In this document: piece after piece, positions 11,277 to 24,046 of the stretch
Numbering within the stretch: position 1 is the first letter of the stretch
Layout of the letters: each line of letters opens with the position of its first letter
Assembly: GCF_046119375.1 (NCBI RefSeq)
Contig: NW_027362762.1
Location: forward strand, 666,066,001 to 666,130,000
Direction of reading: 5' to 3'
DNA length: 64,000 nucleotides
DNA from: Phyllobates terribilis
Taxonomy: Eukaryota
Program-made: the position numbers and the translations under genes
Notes under the pieces: generated by a model
What the model saw: the letters and a program-made list of their open reading frames with translations, nothing else
What the model was told of the DNA's origin: nothing
Database searches by the model: none

Positions 11277-12039
11277 TATGTTTGTAGGTGTGCTTGTATG
11301 CATGGGTTAGTACAGAAAAGTCATAAGTAAAAAGTATTCATGCTAGGAAAGACACAATGGACATGGTGGTTCCCAATAAAAAGGTCAATGAGTAAAGGAT
11401 TGTTGTTTTAATTAGCATTTTTATTGATACTAATGTTCTTTATTTGCTGTTATCTACACAATACAGGTTGTATTTGTTTCCCGATGTTTAATGTGGATAA
11501 TGGGTGCCATTTTCTATTATCTTTGCCCATCAGATTGCTAGAGATGCACTTTGGTTATTTAGGGGACTGTTTATTTTGTTGTAAATTTCTTAATTTCCTG
11601 TTTGCTGTGTGTTAGGTTACATTTAAACACATTTTTTACTACATTTTCTTGGTTTAAAATATGCCAGCATTTTTTTTTTACAGTTTTTGGATCCTTTTTT
11701 TTAATACATTTTAGTTTTTTTTTTTACATTACAAATCATATGATTTAACACTTTCATTGTCAAAGATTTCTCAACATTTTTCATCTCTGGTAGCCAGGAC
11801 AATTTTTGTATGATTGATGTATACAAATAAAACCTAAATTACTAAACAAAAAAAATGAAGGGGTGGTCTGACATACAAATTAATTTTCACCCCAAATTCC
11901 TATCCATTTAGCGCCATAATCTAAACTATTTCCTGATATACTTGAAATAAAAATTTAGTTGTCTTCCCTAACTACACAATCTACCTTTCTTTTTTTCCTA
12001 CTTCCTTTTTGATTACGCTTTGTTTGAGAATCCCAGTGC

Positions 12040-12960
12040 ATGCTGGAATACTCAAGTGAAGAGTAACCAGGGGGCGGCGCTGGTCTCTTCTGACAAGAGA
12101 GAAGAACCCGGGGAGCCCTATCTACAGCATATAGCGGAATAGAACTTCATTCCCAAACTTTTGCAGCAGCCAGGATTTGATGAATTCAGTAGGCTGGGGG
12201 CCCTCTGATTTTTCAGGAAAGCCCACAATTCTGATATTATTGCGGCAGAGCCCATTTTCTAGGTCATCTGCTTTGGATCATAGCACTGTTACGTCTTCAG
12301 TCGATCTCTTAGAGTATTTTCGCATCCTGGTGAGACCATCTTCCAAGATGGAGACCCTGTTTTCAATAGCGCTAGTTCTTTTGCACACTTTTGGCACGTC
12401 CAACCTTATGAAATTCAGGTCCTCTCATATGCTGCTTACATGCAGGGACAGCATGGTGATTTACCTATTACACTGTGAAATAGCAGACAATGTCCCACAG
12501 AGTGGGTTCTTTAGTATGCTTTCTGGTACCTTTTTATGGTGTTTTTCAGCCACTACGCAATGATGGCGCCCACTTTGTAATCTTGTCAGACTGGCCATCT
12601 TAAGATGAGACGTCGACTATATCGGACTCAGTGGCCTCACTCCTCCAACCCCAGTCATCAGCCATCAGAGAGTCAGCTTCATCTCCTTGTTTACGAGCAA
12701 ACTTCTCCAGCTTTGCAGCAATCTCACACCATTTTCCTTCCGCTCTGGCAGTAACAAGATTCCCATTGGCACCATCTCAGATGGTCGTGTCTACATCGCC
12801 TCGGTACTGGTCTCTTCTGACAATGGGCACTAATAGTGCGCTCTGTTGCCGACTCATTACTGCTGATCTGAGCCGGTGAGAGAGTGTGCTAACATTGTGG
12901 ACATCGCACAGTGCACATCACGCAGGGAGTAGCCCAGACCCTGAAACGAAGGTCACCGAT
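12040..12960 (-). pseudogene. LINE-1-like ORF1 / 5' region remnant
   Basis: Manual minus-strand translation near 12170-12370 gives IENRVSILEDG..ADDLENGLCRNNIRIVGFPEKSEG, like the L1 ORF1p RRNNIRI motif. Confidence 0.6.
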
Positions 12961-13029
12961 GACGCTTTGTTTCAGGGAGGGGGCAGGGTCTGCAGCAGTG
13001 ACCGCAGACTCTGGATGGAAACAAAATGC

Positions 13030-14742
13030 TGGAGAGTTCTGGAGTAGCCATGAATGAGTCCGGATCTAAATCCTATTGAACACCAGTGGAGATATCTTAA
13101 AGTTGCTGTTTGGAGAAGGCACTCTTCAAATATGAGAGACCTGGAGCAGTTTGCAAAAGAAGAGTGGTCCAAAAAATTCCAATTGAGAGGTGTAAGAAGC
13201 TTGTTGATGGTTATAGGAAGCGATTGATTGCAGTTATTTATTCCAAAGGGTGTGCAACCAAATATTAAGTTGAGGGTGCCAACAATTTTATCCTTTCCAT
13301 TTTGGGGGTTTTGGGAGAAATTATGTCCAATTTGCCTTTTTTCTCAGTTTTTTTGTGTTGTTCTGTGGCGCCCCTGCGGGTTCAGTCGCCACAGAGGTAC
13401 TGCATCTCATCCAGAGGTGTGGTATCTCACTCTCAGGTAAGGATAGAGTGCTACCCAGGACCCTAACACCTACATCCAACACTACACTACTCCAGACCAT
13501 CTGGAGGGGCAAGATGTGTCGCGCTTCCTGCTGAGCCCTGACCCTGGATGGAGTGGGGAGAACCAAAGTAGGGGGAACCATGTAGTGGGTGTGGGTGGAG
13601 GACGTAGACCAGGGGAGCACTTGTAGAAGTGATATAAAAGAGGGAACCATCTTGGAAAGACAGGTCAGTCAGACAGATCAGTCTGAGAGGAGAAGTAGTG
13701 GGAGCAGGAGCTCTGCTCGGGAGGAGGGCCTAGTAGAGAGGCTCAAGACTGAGAAGGAGAGGAGGAAGGAGAGAGGAGCAGGAGAAAGGCTCCAGTAACA
13801 TGAAAGGGATCCCAGGGGTACGAGCAGTGCTGGAGGCCACCCGTACACCCGAATCTGCCAGGCGGTGGAGGGATCAAGCCGCAGAGGGGACCGGCCCCTG
13901 ACCAGTGAGAATTACAAGGTTCAACTGGAAAACGGAGGCTTCTGTACTTTCAGGGTGCAGTTGCCACATCTGCACTCAAGTCGCCAAAAAGGTAACCACA
14001 TAGGATCCAGGGAACTCCTGGTTGCCCACAAAAATCTGAGGATACCGGCTTGGGACATTGTTTGGTGAGGCGCAGGGCAAGAAGGGTGAGGGCCAGAGCA
14101 GAAAGATGGCTGAGAAGGTCATATAGAACGGGGTCTTGTCAGGCACTCTTGAAGCACCTGGGAGTTTGCTGAACCCCTGCCTGGTGAACGCAGCGCGACG
14201 TGGGAGGCTGTAATCTGGACAGTGCAACTTGAGGAGCTTAACAACTGTGAGTAAACTCTGAAGACTGCACCCCACTGTCTCTGTGAAGTTATTGCTGTGC
14301 CATCACCCCCTGCACTACACCGCAACATCCATAACAACTCAGCACAGCCCTGGAGCTAAGCTCTACCTGTGGAGAACTAAACCAACTCTGCTGCATTTAC
14401 ATCAGCTCCAGAGGACCTGCTCCGCAGCGGCGGCTCCATATAGCTGCATACCACAGGTGGCGTCACGAACTGTATATAAAAACTATAAATCCCCTGTAAA
14501 TAACCCCCTTTTGATTGACCGCCCTGGGTCACGGACCGGGTCACCGCCACTGTGACATCTCCCCTAGCAACGACCAGCCCGGCACCGAGTACCCCACGTG
14601 CCAGGGGGCGCGTCAGTTCCATTACACACAAAGGAAATAAACATGTGTATAACAAAACATGTGTAATTGCAATAATTTTATGGGAGCAATACTTCATTTT
14701 CAGGAACAATTTGAAGGGTGATAACACTTTCGGCCATGACTG
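13030..14742 (+). mobile_element. 3' fragment of a Tc1-like element, interrupted by a solo LTR
   Basis: 13040-13268 encodes SPDLNPIEHQWRYLKVAVWRRH..DLEQFAKEEW..KGCATKY*; the TIR resumes after 14615 and ends GGCCATGACTG|TA. Confidence 0.8.
13364..14615 (+). mobile_element. Solo LTR, 1252 bp (TGTGGCGCCCC family)
   Basis: TG...CA termini; 4-bp TSD GTTC on both sides; termini shared with 49120-50460 and 54232-55243. Confidence 0.85.
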
Positions 14743-16914
14743 TATTTTGTCCCTAAAAAATGAATGTGTAGCAGTTGGCAAAAAGTGGCTATTACAATTT
14801 TTTGCCTAATTAGGATTTTTATTGCTGTTGATTGTGTAGCATTAGTAACCTAATAACTTTATTCTGTAGATCTGCACGATTAAGGTGATACCAAATTTAT
14901 ATCGTTTTTTTATTTTAGTTTTATCATGTTTGCATATTAAAAATACTTTGTAAAAAATATGTATTTTTGTGTCACCATATTCTGAGAGACTTAACCTTAT
15001 AATGTTTCTGCTGAAGGAGAAAATAGCTTATATTTCTGCATGACAATTTATAGTTGTTACTGGTACCATCTTGGGGCATATCGGAGTTTTTGATTGCTTT
15101 TTATTCCATCTTTTGTGAGACAATGTGATGTATACACAGTGATTCTGAGGGTGGTTTGGTCTTTTTAATGAGGTTCATTGGGTGGAATAAAGAGTCTGCT
15201 CATTTTATAGTTTGGATATAATATGGAGATTTGCGCTCTTAACAAAGATCTGGTCTTCACAGGTAATTTGAATAAAAAGAAAATGTATTTAGAATAAGTG
15301 ATACAATTAAAATATATTAGATAACAATAAGAGGTTAAAAGATAAGCTGCGTACAGATAGATTACGATTACAGAGAAGTCCGATTGCTTCCCAAATGGTG
15401 CAGCTTTTAACCGTTTCCCGACCGCCGACTGTACATAAACGTTGGCACTTGCTGGGCTCTGTGCAGCGCCAACGTTTATAAACGGTCGGTGGTCCCGCAG
15501 ACCTCAGGACCCCCAGGGACATGCAAGCGCTGCGGGTGCGGTGCAGAGCGACAGCTTTGACAGGGGACATCATCGGGACCTAACTGGATCAGGTCCTAAT
15601 GATGTTAACCCTTTGCTATCTTCTATATGCCGTGATCTATAGTCATCTCGGCATTTAGAAGATAGTGAGAGGAGAGGGGGTCGTCCACTTACCTCTCCGA
15701 TGGCCCCCTGATGTCTGAAAGGACCTGCCGTTGTCATGGCAGCCGGAGGTCACATGACCGCCTCCGGGTCTGCCATGTACGGTGTCCTGATAGATTTCAG
15801 CCTGCAGCTGAAGTCTAGCAGAAGACACAGACAGTGTGAAACTGTCAGCAAAGCTCTCATGCAATGCAATACATGTCTATTGCATTGCATGAGAACAGTG
15901 ATTAGAAAAATAAAAATTAATGTCCCATACAGGACTAAGTAAAAATGTAAAAAAAAAGTCAAAAAATGTTTTCAAACTGTAAAAAAAATCACAAAATAAA
16001 TAAAAATAAATAAATAAAATATTAAACCAATAAATCTGTATATTTATGCAAAAACAAAAAAAGTACACATATTTGGAATCACCGCGTCTGAAATAACCCG
16101 ATCTATAAAACTGTAGCACTAATTAATTCCTTCTGTGCACACCGTAATAAAAATAAATAAAAAACGGAGCAAAAAACTATGCTTTTTCATCATATCGCCA
16201 AACAAAAAGTGGAAAAAAAATGTGATCAAAAAGCAAAATGGAAATAAAACTGGTACTGCTGAAAACGTCATCTTGCTCCACAAAAAAAAAGCCACAATAC
16301 AGCTCCATCAGCCGAAAAATAAAAAAGTTATAGCTCTCAGAATAAAGCGATGCAAAAAAATATTTTTTCTATAAAATTGTTTTATTGTGTAAAAGAGCCA
16401 AAACATAAAAAAAATATACGGTAAGTGTAGTATCGCTGTAAACGTACTGACCCGAAGAATAATGCTGCCTTATCACTTTTACCACACGCAGAACGGCATA
16501 AAAAAAAACCTCAAAAAACAATTCCTGAATTGTTGGTTTTTGTTAATTTTACCTCCCAAAAAACGGAATAGAAAGCGATCAAAAAATGTCACGTACCCAA
16601 AAATGATACCAATAAAAATGTCAACTCAAAAAACAAGCTGTCACATGACTCTGTCGGCCGAAATATGGAAAAATTATAGCTTTTAAAATATGGCAATGCA
16701 AAAACTAGATTTTGTAAAAAAAGCGTCTTTTAGTGTGTGACAGCTGTCAGTCATAAAAACCCGATATAAATCTGGTATCTCTGTAATCGCACCGACCCGA
16801 AGAATAAAGTAATCTCATCACTTATACCACCGCACGAGGAACGGCGTAAAAAATAAATTAAACCAATTCTTCACCTGCTACTGATTTGTTTATTATGTCT
16901 CCCAAAGATCGCAG

Positions 16915-17300
16915 TAAGGCTCTGCTCACATTTATCCTGCGCTCTGCGCTGAGCACTTACACCAGAGTTTCCGTGTAAATCTCTGAAATACGTGATTCAG
17001 ACGGAACCCATGACGGCAGATTCCCTGTAATGAGGCAGATATAGGCCACTGTGGATGCCATCTGGCCTGTGATCCCACGGTGTCAGTTTTTTTTAGGCGT
17101 GCATAAAAGTGCGGTTGGCCACAGTTTTGTGCACTTCTGAAAAAAAGGACACCGCTAAACAGAGGCCAGACGGAGTCCAGAGTAACTCTGCTGCCCCATT
17201 ACAGTGAATGGAACCCGCAGGGGTTTCATCTGAATTACATCACTTGGAAATTTAGATGGAAACCCCGATGTAAGTGCTCAGCATAGAGCGCCAGATAAAC
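16915..17300. mobile_element. Fold-back MITE inserted in the piggyBac-type element
   Basis: Imperfect inverted arms 16931-17010 (TTTATCCTGCGCTCTGCGCTGAGCACTTAC) and 17220-17300 (GTAAGTGCTCAGCATAGAGCGCCAGATAAA). Confidence 0.55.
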
Positions 17301-17499
17301 AATATGTAAAATGTTCCCAATAAAAGCTTCAACTCAGTCCTCAAAAAAAGCTTGTGCCCACTCAGGTCCGTTATCTGTTAAAAATATAAGGGACTTCCAA
17401 GTTACTGGTAGCAGAAAGGCTCTGGAAAAGCGAAATGGCCCTTGCCCCCCTAAAGAAATTCAGAAAAATTTTGTGCTCCCAAATCCAAATGCCTATTCT

Positions 17500-18434
17500 A
17501 CAAAAATGTGTTCTCCAATTGTCAAATAGCGCTCCTTCCTCCCAGATCTCGCGGTATGGCTAAGCGGTACGATACAGCCACATATGGGGTATTGCCACTT
17601 TTAGAAGAAATTGTGTGACACATTTCAGCACCATTTTTACCCATTGCCCTGTGTGAAAATGTAAAATCTGAGGGAAAAACATTTTTTTGTGGTAAAAATA
17701 TAATTATGTTCTCTTCACTGCCCAATGGAATAAATTTCAAAATTAAAAAACACTCACTACTTCCCTAGATTAATTCCTTGAGAGGTGTAGTTTACAAAAT
17801 GGGGTCACTTGTGGGGCTTTCTGCTGTTTCGGCATGTCAGCGACTCTTCAAATGTGACATGGTGTCTGCAACCTATCCCAGCCAACATAGCGCTCCTTTC
17901 TCTTCCGAACCCTGCTGTACACCAAAGCAGTGGTTTTCCCCCACATATGGGGTATCGGCGTACTCAGGAGAAATTGCACAACAAAGTTCATGGTGCAATT
18001 TCTTCTGTTATCCTTATGATAATGCAAAATTAGGGGATGAAAAACATTTTGTGTGGGAAAAATGTGAAAATTATATTTTTACGGCTCAACATTATAAACT
18101 TCTGTGAAGCACCTGAGGGCAAGGTGCTCACCACACATCTAGATAAGTTCCCTAAGGGGTCTAGTTTCCAAAATGGCATCACTTGTGGGGGGTTTCCACT
18201 GTTTAGGCACATCAGGAGCTCTCCAAACGCAACATGGCGTCCACTAATTATTCAAACAAATTTTACATTCAAAAAGTCTAATGGCGCTCCTTCCCTTCCG
18301 AACCCTGCAGTGCACCCAAACAGTGGCTTTCCCTCACATATGGGGTATCATCGTGCTCATGAGAAATTACACTACAAATTGTGTAGTCCATGTTTTCCTG
18401 TTACCCTTGTGAAAATAAAAAAATTGGGTCTAAA
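17500..18434 (+). repeat. Degenerate ~360-395-bp internal tandem units of the piggyBac-type element
   Basis: CATATGGGGTAT motif at ~17581, 17944, 18336; the same units recur at 62812-63600. Confidence 0.75.
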
Positions 18435-19079
18435 TAGTGTTGAGCGAGCATGCGCGACACTGCTCGTTACTCGACCGAGCATCAAGCTACTCGGGATGTT
18501 CGGCGAGCATCGAGCATTTCCGGTTTACTCGGGCGGGAGCTCAGGTCTCCGCCCTGCACGTTTGACGCTCTTTACAGAGCCAATGAACATGCAGGGATTG
18601 CCAGCCAGTCACTGTAATGCCGCAGCCATGTTGATTGTGGGCATTACAGTGATTGGCTGGCCGCACAGCGTCACCTCGAGTATTTAAAACCTGGCGCCGT
18701 CATCTTGGACACAGTCGCTTCGAATCAGCCAGTCTAGTGTTAGTGCTGCTGAGTTAGGGAGAGATATATAGTGCGAAATAGGTAGTGTAGGGTCTCTAAA
18801 GGCTGCCAAATGAAACAAACAGTCCTTCTCAGGACTAATATCCATTGCAGATATCAGGCAGGCTGTATAGGAGACGCAATGGTTATACCAGCAAACGCTG
18901 CATTACAGTCCTGTGTGCTCCTGTTGGTCAAATTGCTAGACTTATCACCTAGGTCTCAGGGGCCAGGAAAAATATATTTTTTTTCATCTAAATCCTTTTT
19001 TTTTTTCTTCAGTCAGACTTTAGAAATACCCGTCTTATTAACCTTTTGGTATTTTTTCCACCTTCCAAAAAAATTGAGT

Positions 19080-21520
19080 GTGTCTGTGACTGTTCAAACA
19101 CCAATATATCTGTTTAAAAGATTCCACGGGTCAAATCTCTGTATTATCCTGTTTTTGGCATTTTTTGCCGTAAAAAAAACTGTAATAGTGACCCTGACTG
19201 TTTAGACACCAATATATCTGTTTAAAAGATTCTGGTGTAGGCCAGAAAAATAGAACTGTGGTTTTGCAGTTCCACGGGTCAAATCTCTGTATTATCCTGT
19301 TTTGGGCATTTTTGCCGTAAAAAAAAACTGTAATAGTGTCTCCCTGACTGGTCAGACACCAATATATCTGTTTAAAAGAGTCTGGTGTAGACCAGAAAAA
19401 TAGAACTGTTGTTTTGCAGTTCCACGGGTCAAATCTCTGTATTATCCTGTTTTTGGCATTTTTTGCCGTAAAAAAAACTGTATTAGTGTCTCCCTCACTG
19501 GTCAGACACCATTATATCTGTTTAAAAGAGTCTGGTGTAGGCCAGAAAAATAGAACTGTGGTTTTGCAGTTCCACGGGTCAAATCTCTGTATTATCCTGT
19601 TTTTGGCATTTTTTTGCTGTAAAAAAATGTGTAATAGTGTCTCTCTGACTGGTCAGACACCAATATATCTGTTTAAAAGAGTCTGGTATAGGCCAGAAAA
19701 ATAGAACTGTGGTTTTGCAGTTCCACGGGTCAAATCTCTGTATTATCCTGTTTTTGGCATTTTTTCCCGTAAAAAAAATTAGTGTCTCCCTGACTGGTCA
19801 GACACCAATATATCTGTTTAAAAGAGCCTGGTGTAGGCCAGAAAAATAGAACTGTGGTTTTGCAGATCCACGGGTCAAATCTCGGTATTATCCTGTTTTA
19901 GGCATTTTTTGCTGTAAAAAAAACTGTAATAGTGTCTCCCTGACTGGTCAGACACCAATATATCTGTTTAAAAGAGTCTGGTGTACGCCACATAACTATA
20001 ACTGTGGTTTTGCAGTTCCACGGGTCAAATCTCTGTATTATCCTGTTTTTGGCATTTTTTGCCGTAAAAAAAAAACTGTAATAGTGTCTCCCTGACTGGT
20101 CAGACACCAATATATCTGTTTAAAAGAGTCTGGTGTACGCCACATAACTATGACTATGGTTTTGCAGTTCCATGGGTCAAATCTCTGTATTATTCTGTTT
20201 TTTGCATTTTTTGCCATAAAAAAACAGTAATAGTGTCTCCCTGACTGGTGAGACACAAATATATCTGTTTGAAAGAGTCTGGTGTAGGCCAGACAAATAG
20301 AACTGTGGTTTTGCAGTTCCATGGGTCAAATCTCTGTATTATCCTGCTTTTGGCATTTTTTGCCGAAAAAAAAACCTATAATAGTGTCTCCCTGACTGGT
20401 CAGACACCAATATATGTGTTTAAAAGAATCTGGTGTACGCCACATAACTATAACTGTGGTTTTGCTATTCCACGGGTCAAATCTCTGTATTATCCTGTTT
20501 TTGGCATTTTTTCCCGTAAAAAAAATTAGTGTCTCCCTGACTGGTCAGACACCAATATATCTGTTTAAAAGAGCCTGGTGTAGGCCAGAAAAGTAGAACT
20601 GTGGTTTTGCAGATCCACGGGTCAAATCTCGGTATTATCCTGTTTTAGGCATTTTTTGCTGTAAAAAAAACTGTAATTGTGTCTCCCTGACTGGTCAGAC
20701 ACCAATATATCTGTTTAAAAGAGTCTGGTGTACGCCACATAACTATAACTGTGGTTTTGCAGTTCCACGGGTCAAATCTCTGTATTATCCTGTTTTTGGC
20801 ACTTTTTGCCGTAAAAAAAAAACTGTAATAGTGTCTCCCTGACTGGTCAGACACCAATATATCTGTTTAAAAGAGTCTGGTGTACGCCACATAACTATGA
20901 CTATGGTTTTGCAGTTCCATGGGTCAAATCTCTGTATTATTCTGTTTTTTGCATTTTTTGCCATAAAAAAACAGTAATAGTGTCTCCCTGACTGGTGAGA
21001 CACAAATATATCTGTTTAAAAGAGTCTGGTGTAGGCCAGACAAATAGAACTGTGGTTTTGCAGTTCCATGGGTCAAATCTCTGTATTATCCTGCTTTTGG
21101 CATTTTTTGCCGAAAAAAAAACCTATAATAGTGTCTCCCTGACTGGTCAGACACCAATATATGTGTTTAAAAGAATCTGGTGTACGCCACATAACTATAA
21201 CTGTGGTTTTGCTATTCCACGGGTCAAATCTCTGTATTATCCTGTTTTTGGCATTTTTTGCCGTAAAAAAAACTGTAATAGTGTCTCCCTGACTGGTCAG
21301 ACACCAATATATCTGTTTAAAAGAGTCTGGTGTACGCCACATAAATATAACTATGGTTTTGCAGTTCCACAGGTCAAATCTCTGTATTATCCTGTTATTG
21401 GCATTTTTTGCCATAAAAAAAAACAGTAATAGTGTCTCCCTGACTGGTCAGACACAAATATATCTGTTTAAAAGAGTCTGGTGTAGGCCAGACAAATAGA
21501 ACTGTGGTTTTCCTCTTCCA
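19080..21520 (+). repeat. ~150-bp satellite, ~16 units, with a duplicated 747-bp 5-mer block
   Basis: GTCAGACACC anchors give periods 150,151,145,150,152,149,151,145,150,152,149,151,150,151. Confidence 0.95.
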
Positions 21521-23622
21521 CGGTTCTAATCTACTTTTTATTACCCTTTTTCTATTGATAGTGCGAGTATAAGCTATTTTACTTCATTTACAATGGGCAA
21601 GGCACGTGGCAAGGGACGTGGAACTGGACTTTCTGGTGATGTTGCGTGTAGAGGACGGGGCCGTGGCCAAGGTGAAAATGTGCCACAACCAACAGCCACA
21701 TCTTCTCGCTCCCACTTCTTGACCGAATTACTAGGGAAGCACACTACAACACCAGTATTGCGAACTGATCAGTGTGAACAGGTTATAAATTGAATAGCAG
21801 ATAATACTTCCAGTTACCTGGGGACCACCACCTCCGGTCTGTCTTCCACAAGGTCAAGTTTTAGTAGCCGTGAGTCTGGACCGCATACTCCTCCTCACCC
21901 TGATCCTCCTTCCTCCCACCATGCCGAGTGTCGTCAGACAGCAACTGATCCCACACTTGGACACTCTGAAGAGCTGTTCACTGGTCCATTTCCATATTTG
22001 TGCCCCTCGCCTGCTCCACTTGAAGTGGTGGAAGAGGAGATCCCATGTAGCAATGCCCAAATATTTGAACAGCCACGGCCAGAGGAAGTCGACGCTGGCA
22101 ATTTGTCACAAGAGGTGGACGATGAAGAGACACAATTGCCACGAAGTGAGGAGGAGGATCGTGGTGCACAAGTGGAAGAGGAGGAGGTGGTGGATGATCT
22201 AGTAACTGACCCAACGTGGCAGGAGGACATGCATAGTGAGGCCAGCAGCACACAGGGGGAGGGAGGCAGAGTACCCCAACAGGCAGGAAGAAGCAGTGTG
22301 GTGGCCGCACACAGAAGGCGGACAACAGTTCCCCGTAACACCAACACAAGGGACGTTGCCAGTACAACCGGTAGGTCTTCCAGAGTCTAGAATTTTTTTA
22401 AAGACTCTGCTGATAACCCCAAAAAGGCCATTTGTACCACCTGCCATGCCAGCATCAGCAAGGGTGACAAAACTACCAGCCTGACCACAACAAGCATGAT
22501 CAGGCACATGGCAGCAAGGCACCCGACTTTGTGGGGCGAACCCCAGGGTCCACGACCAGTGTCAGCGGGTGTCACCACAGCTTCTTCCGCTGTTGTGCGT
22601 GTAATAGAACCCCCTGTTGTGAGTGCAAGGCAATCCCCTGTCCATACTGCATGCAAAGATGGCCCCTCCTCTCAGTCTTCATTTGTTATGGCAGTTTCTC
22701 AAGAAACAGCATCAACGTCCACGTCCACGTCCCACCGCAGCATTCAATTGTCCATATCCCAGAGCTATGAACGAAAGCGGAAATTCGCAGCCAACGCCCC
22801 ATAGGTCACAGTCCTAAATTTGCACATTTCACGACTGCTTGCGTTGGAAATGCTGCCTTTTAGGCTGGTGGAGACGGAATCCTTGCGCAACCTTATGGCG
22901 GTGGCCATCCCTCAGTACTCGGTCCCCAGCCGACACTATTTTGCCCGGTGTGCCATTCCCGCACTACACAAGCACGTGTCCCAAAACATCAGCCGTGCCC
23001 TCAACAACGCAGTTACTGGGAGAGTCCAACTGACAACGGACCTGTGGACAAGTGCTTGTGGCCAGGGACGGTACATCTCCCTGATGGCACACTGGGTAAA
23101 CATAGTGGAAGCCGGGACCCAGTCGGACCTTGGGAAGGAACACATCCTCCCCACACCAAGGATTGCGGGCCCTATGTCAGTCAGAGTTGCCCCCCAGTTT
23201 CCAGCTCCTGCGCATCATCTTCCTCCTCCTCATGTTCAGCCTCCATCTCAGATATCACCACATCAGTTACAAGCTGGAAGCACTGCAGTGCTGCCTCAGC
23301 CAAGCGGCAACAGGCTGTGCTGAAACTCATAAGCTTAGGTGATAAACCACACACTGCTTATGAGTTGTGGACAGCTGTGAAAGAGCAGGCAGATTTGTGA
23401 CTGAGACCACTGAACCTACATCCAGGCATGGTTGTGTGTGACAATGGCCGTAACCTGGTGGCGGCTCTGAGGCGAGGCGAGATCACACACGTACCATGCC
23501 TGGCTCATGTGCTTAACCTCGTGCTTCAGCAGTTTCTTAAATCGTACCCCGAGTTGCCAAATCTGCTCGTCAAAGTACGCCGCCTGTCAACTCATTTTCA
23601 CAAGTCGGCTACAGCTTCCGCC

Positions 23623-24046
23623 TGTTATGATCTGCTACAAGCACTAAGGAAAGACAGGAGATCTGTCCCTACAATAGAACTAAGCTAGATCCCTACGATG
23701 TAACGGGGAACCTGATCCTGCGATCAGACACGCTAAAGTCCTCAGCTAGTCTGAACGAAGACCTATAGATGTGAGGGAGGGATCCCTACAAGAACTAGGG
23801 ACTGGGAGAAAGATGGACACCTCCTAGCAGAAACTGTAGCAGTAAAAAGACAAACAAACAACATAGAACATAGAGGTCAAAAGACCTAGCTAAACTGACT
23901 GAGAAAGGTAACAAAGCACCTGGCTAGCTTAAGAGTAGAAATTACAATGAAGTCCAGCAAGGCCAGAAGGGCGGAGCAGGATTAAATAGGCAAAAACGGT
24001 CATGTGACCAGCATAATAGAAAAAAACTAACAGGAGAGTTCTAACA
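23623..24046 (-). repeat. 3' LTR of Gypsy copy 2 (424 bp)
   Basis: Reverse complement of TGTTAGAACTCTCC...ATCATAACA, clearly more diverged from the copy-1 LTRs than they are from each other. Confidence 0.95.

Noticed and set aside
19080-21520. Repeat-spacer array, or membrane-protein ORFs (LCIILFLAFF)
   Set aside because: Plain 150-bp satellite; the ORFs are in-frame read-through of monomers.
5816-23400. APOBEC-type hypermutation suggested by five TGG-to-stop changes in Gypsy and hAT
   Set aside because: Trp codons are the commonest transition route to stops and are preferentially noticed; no clustered G-to-A excess was evident by eye.
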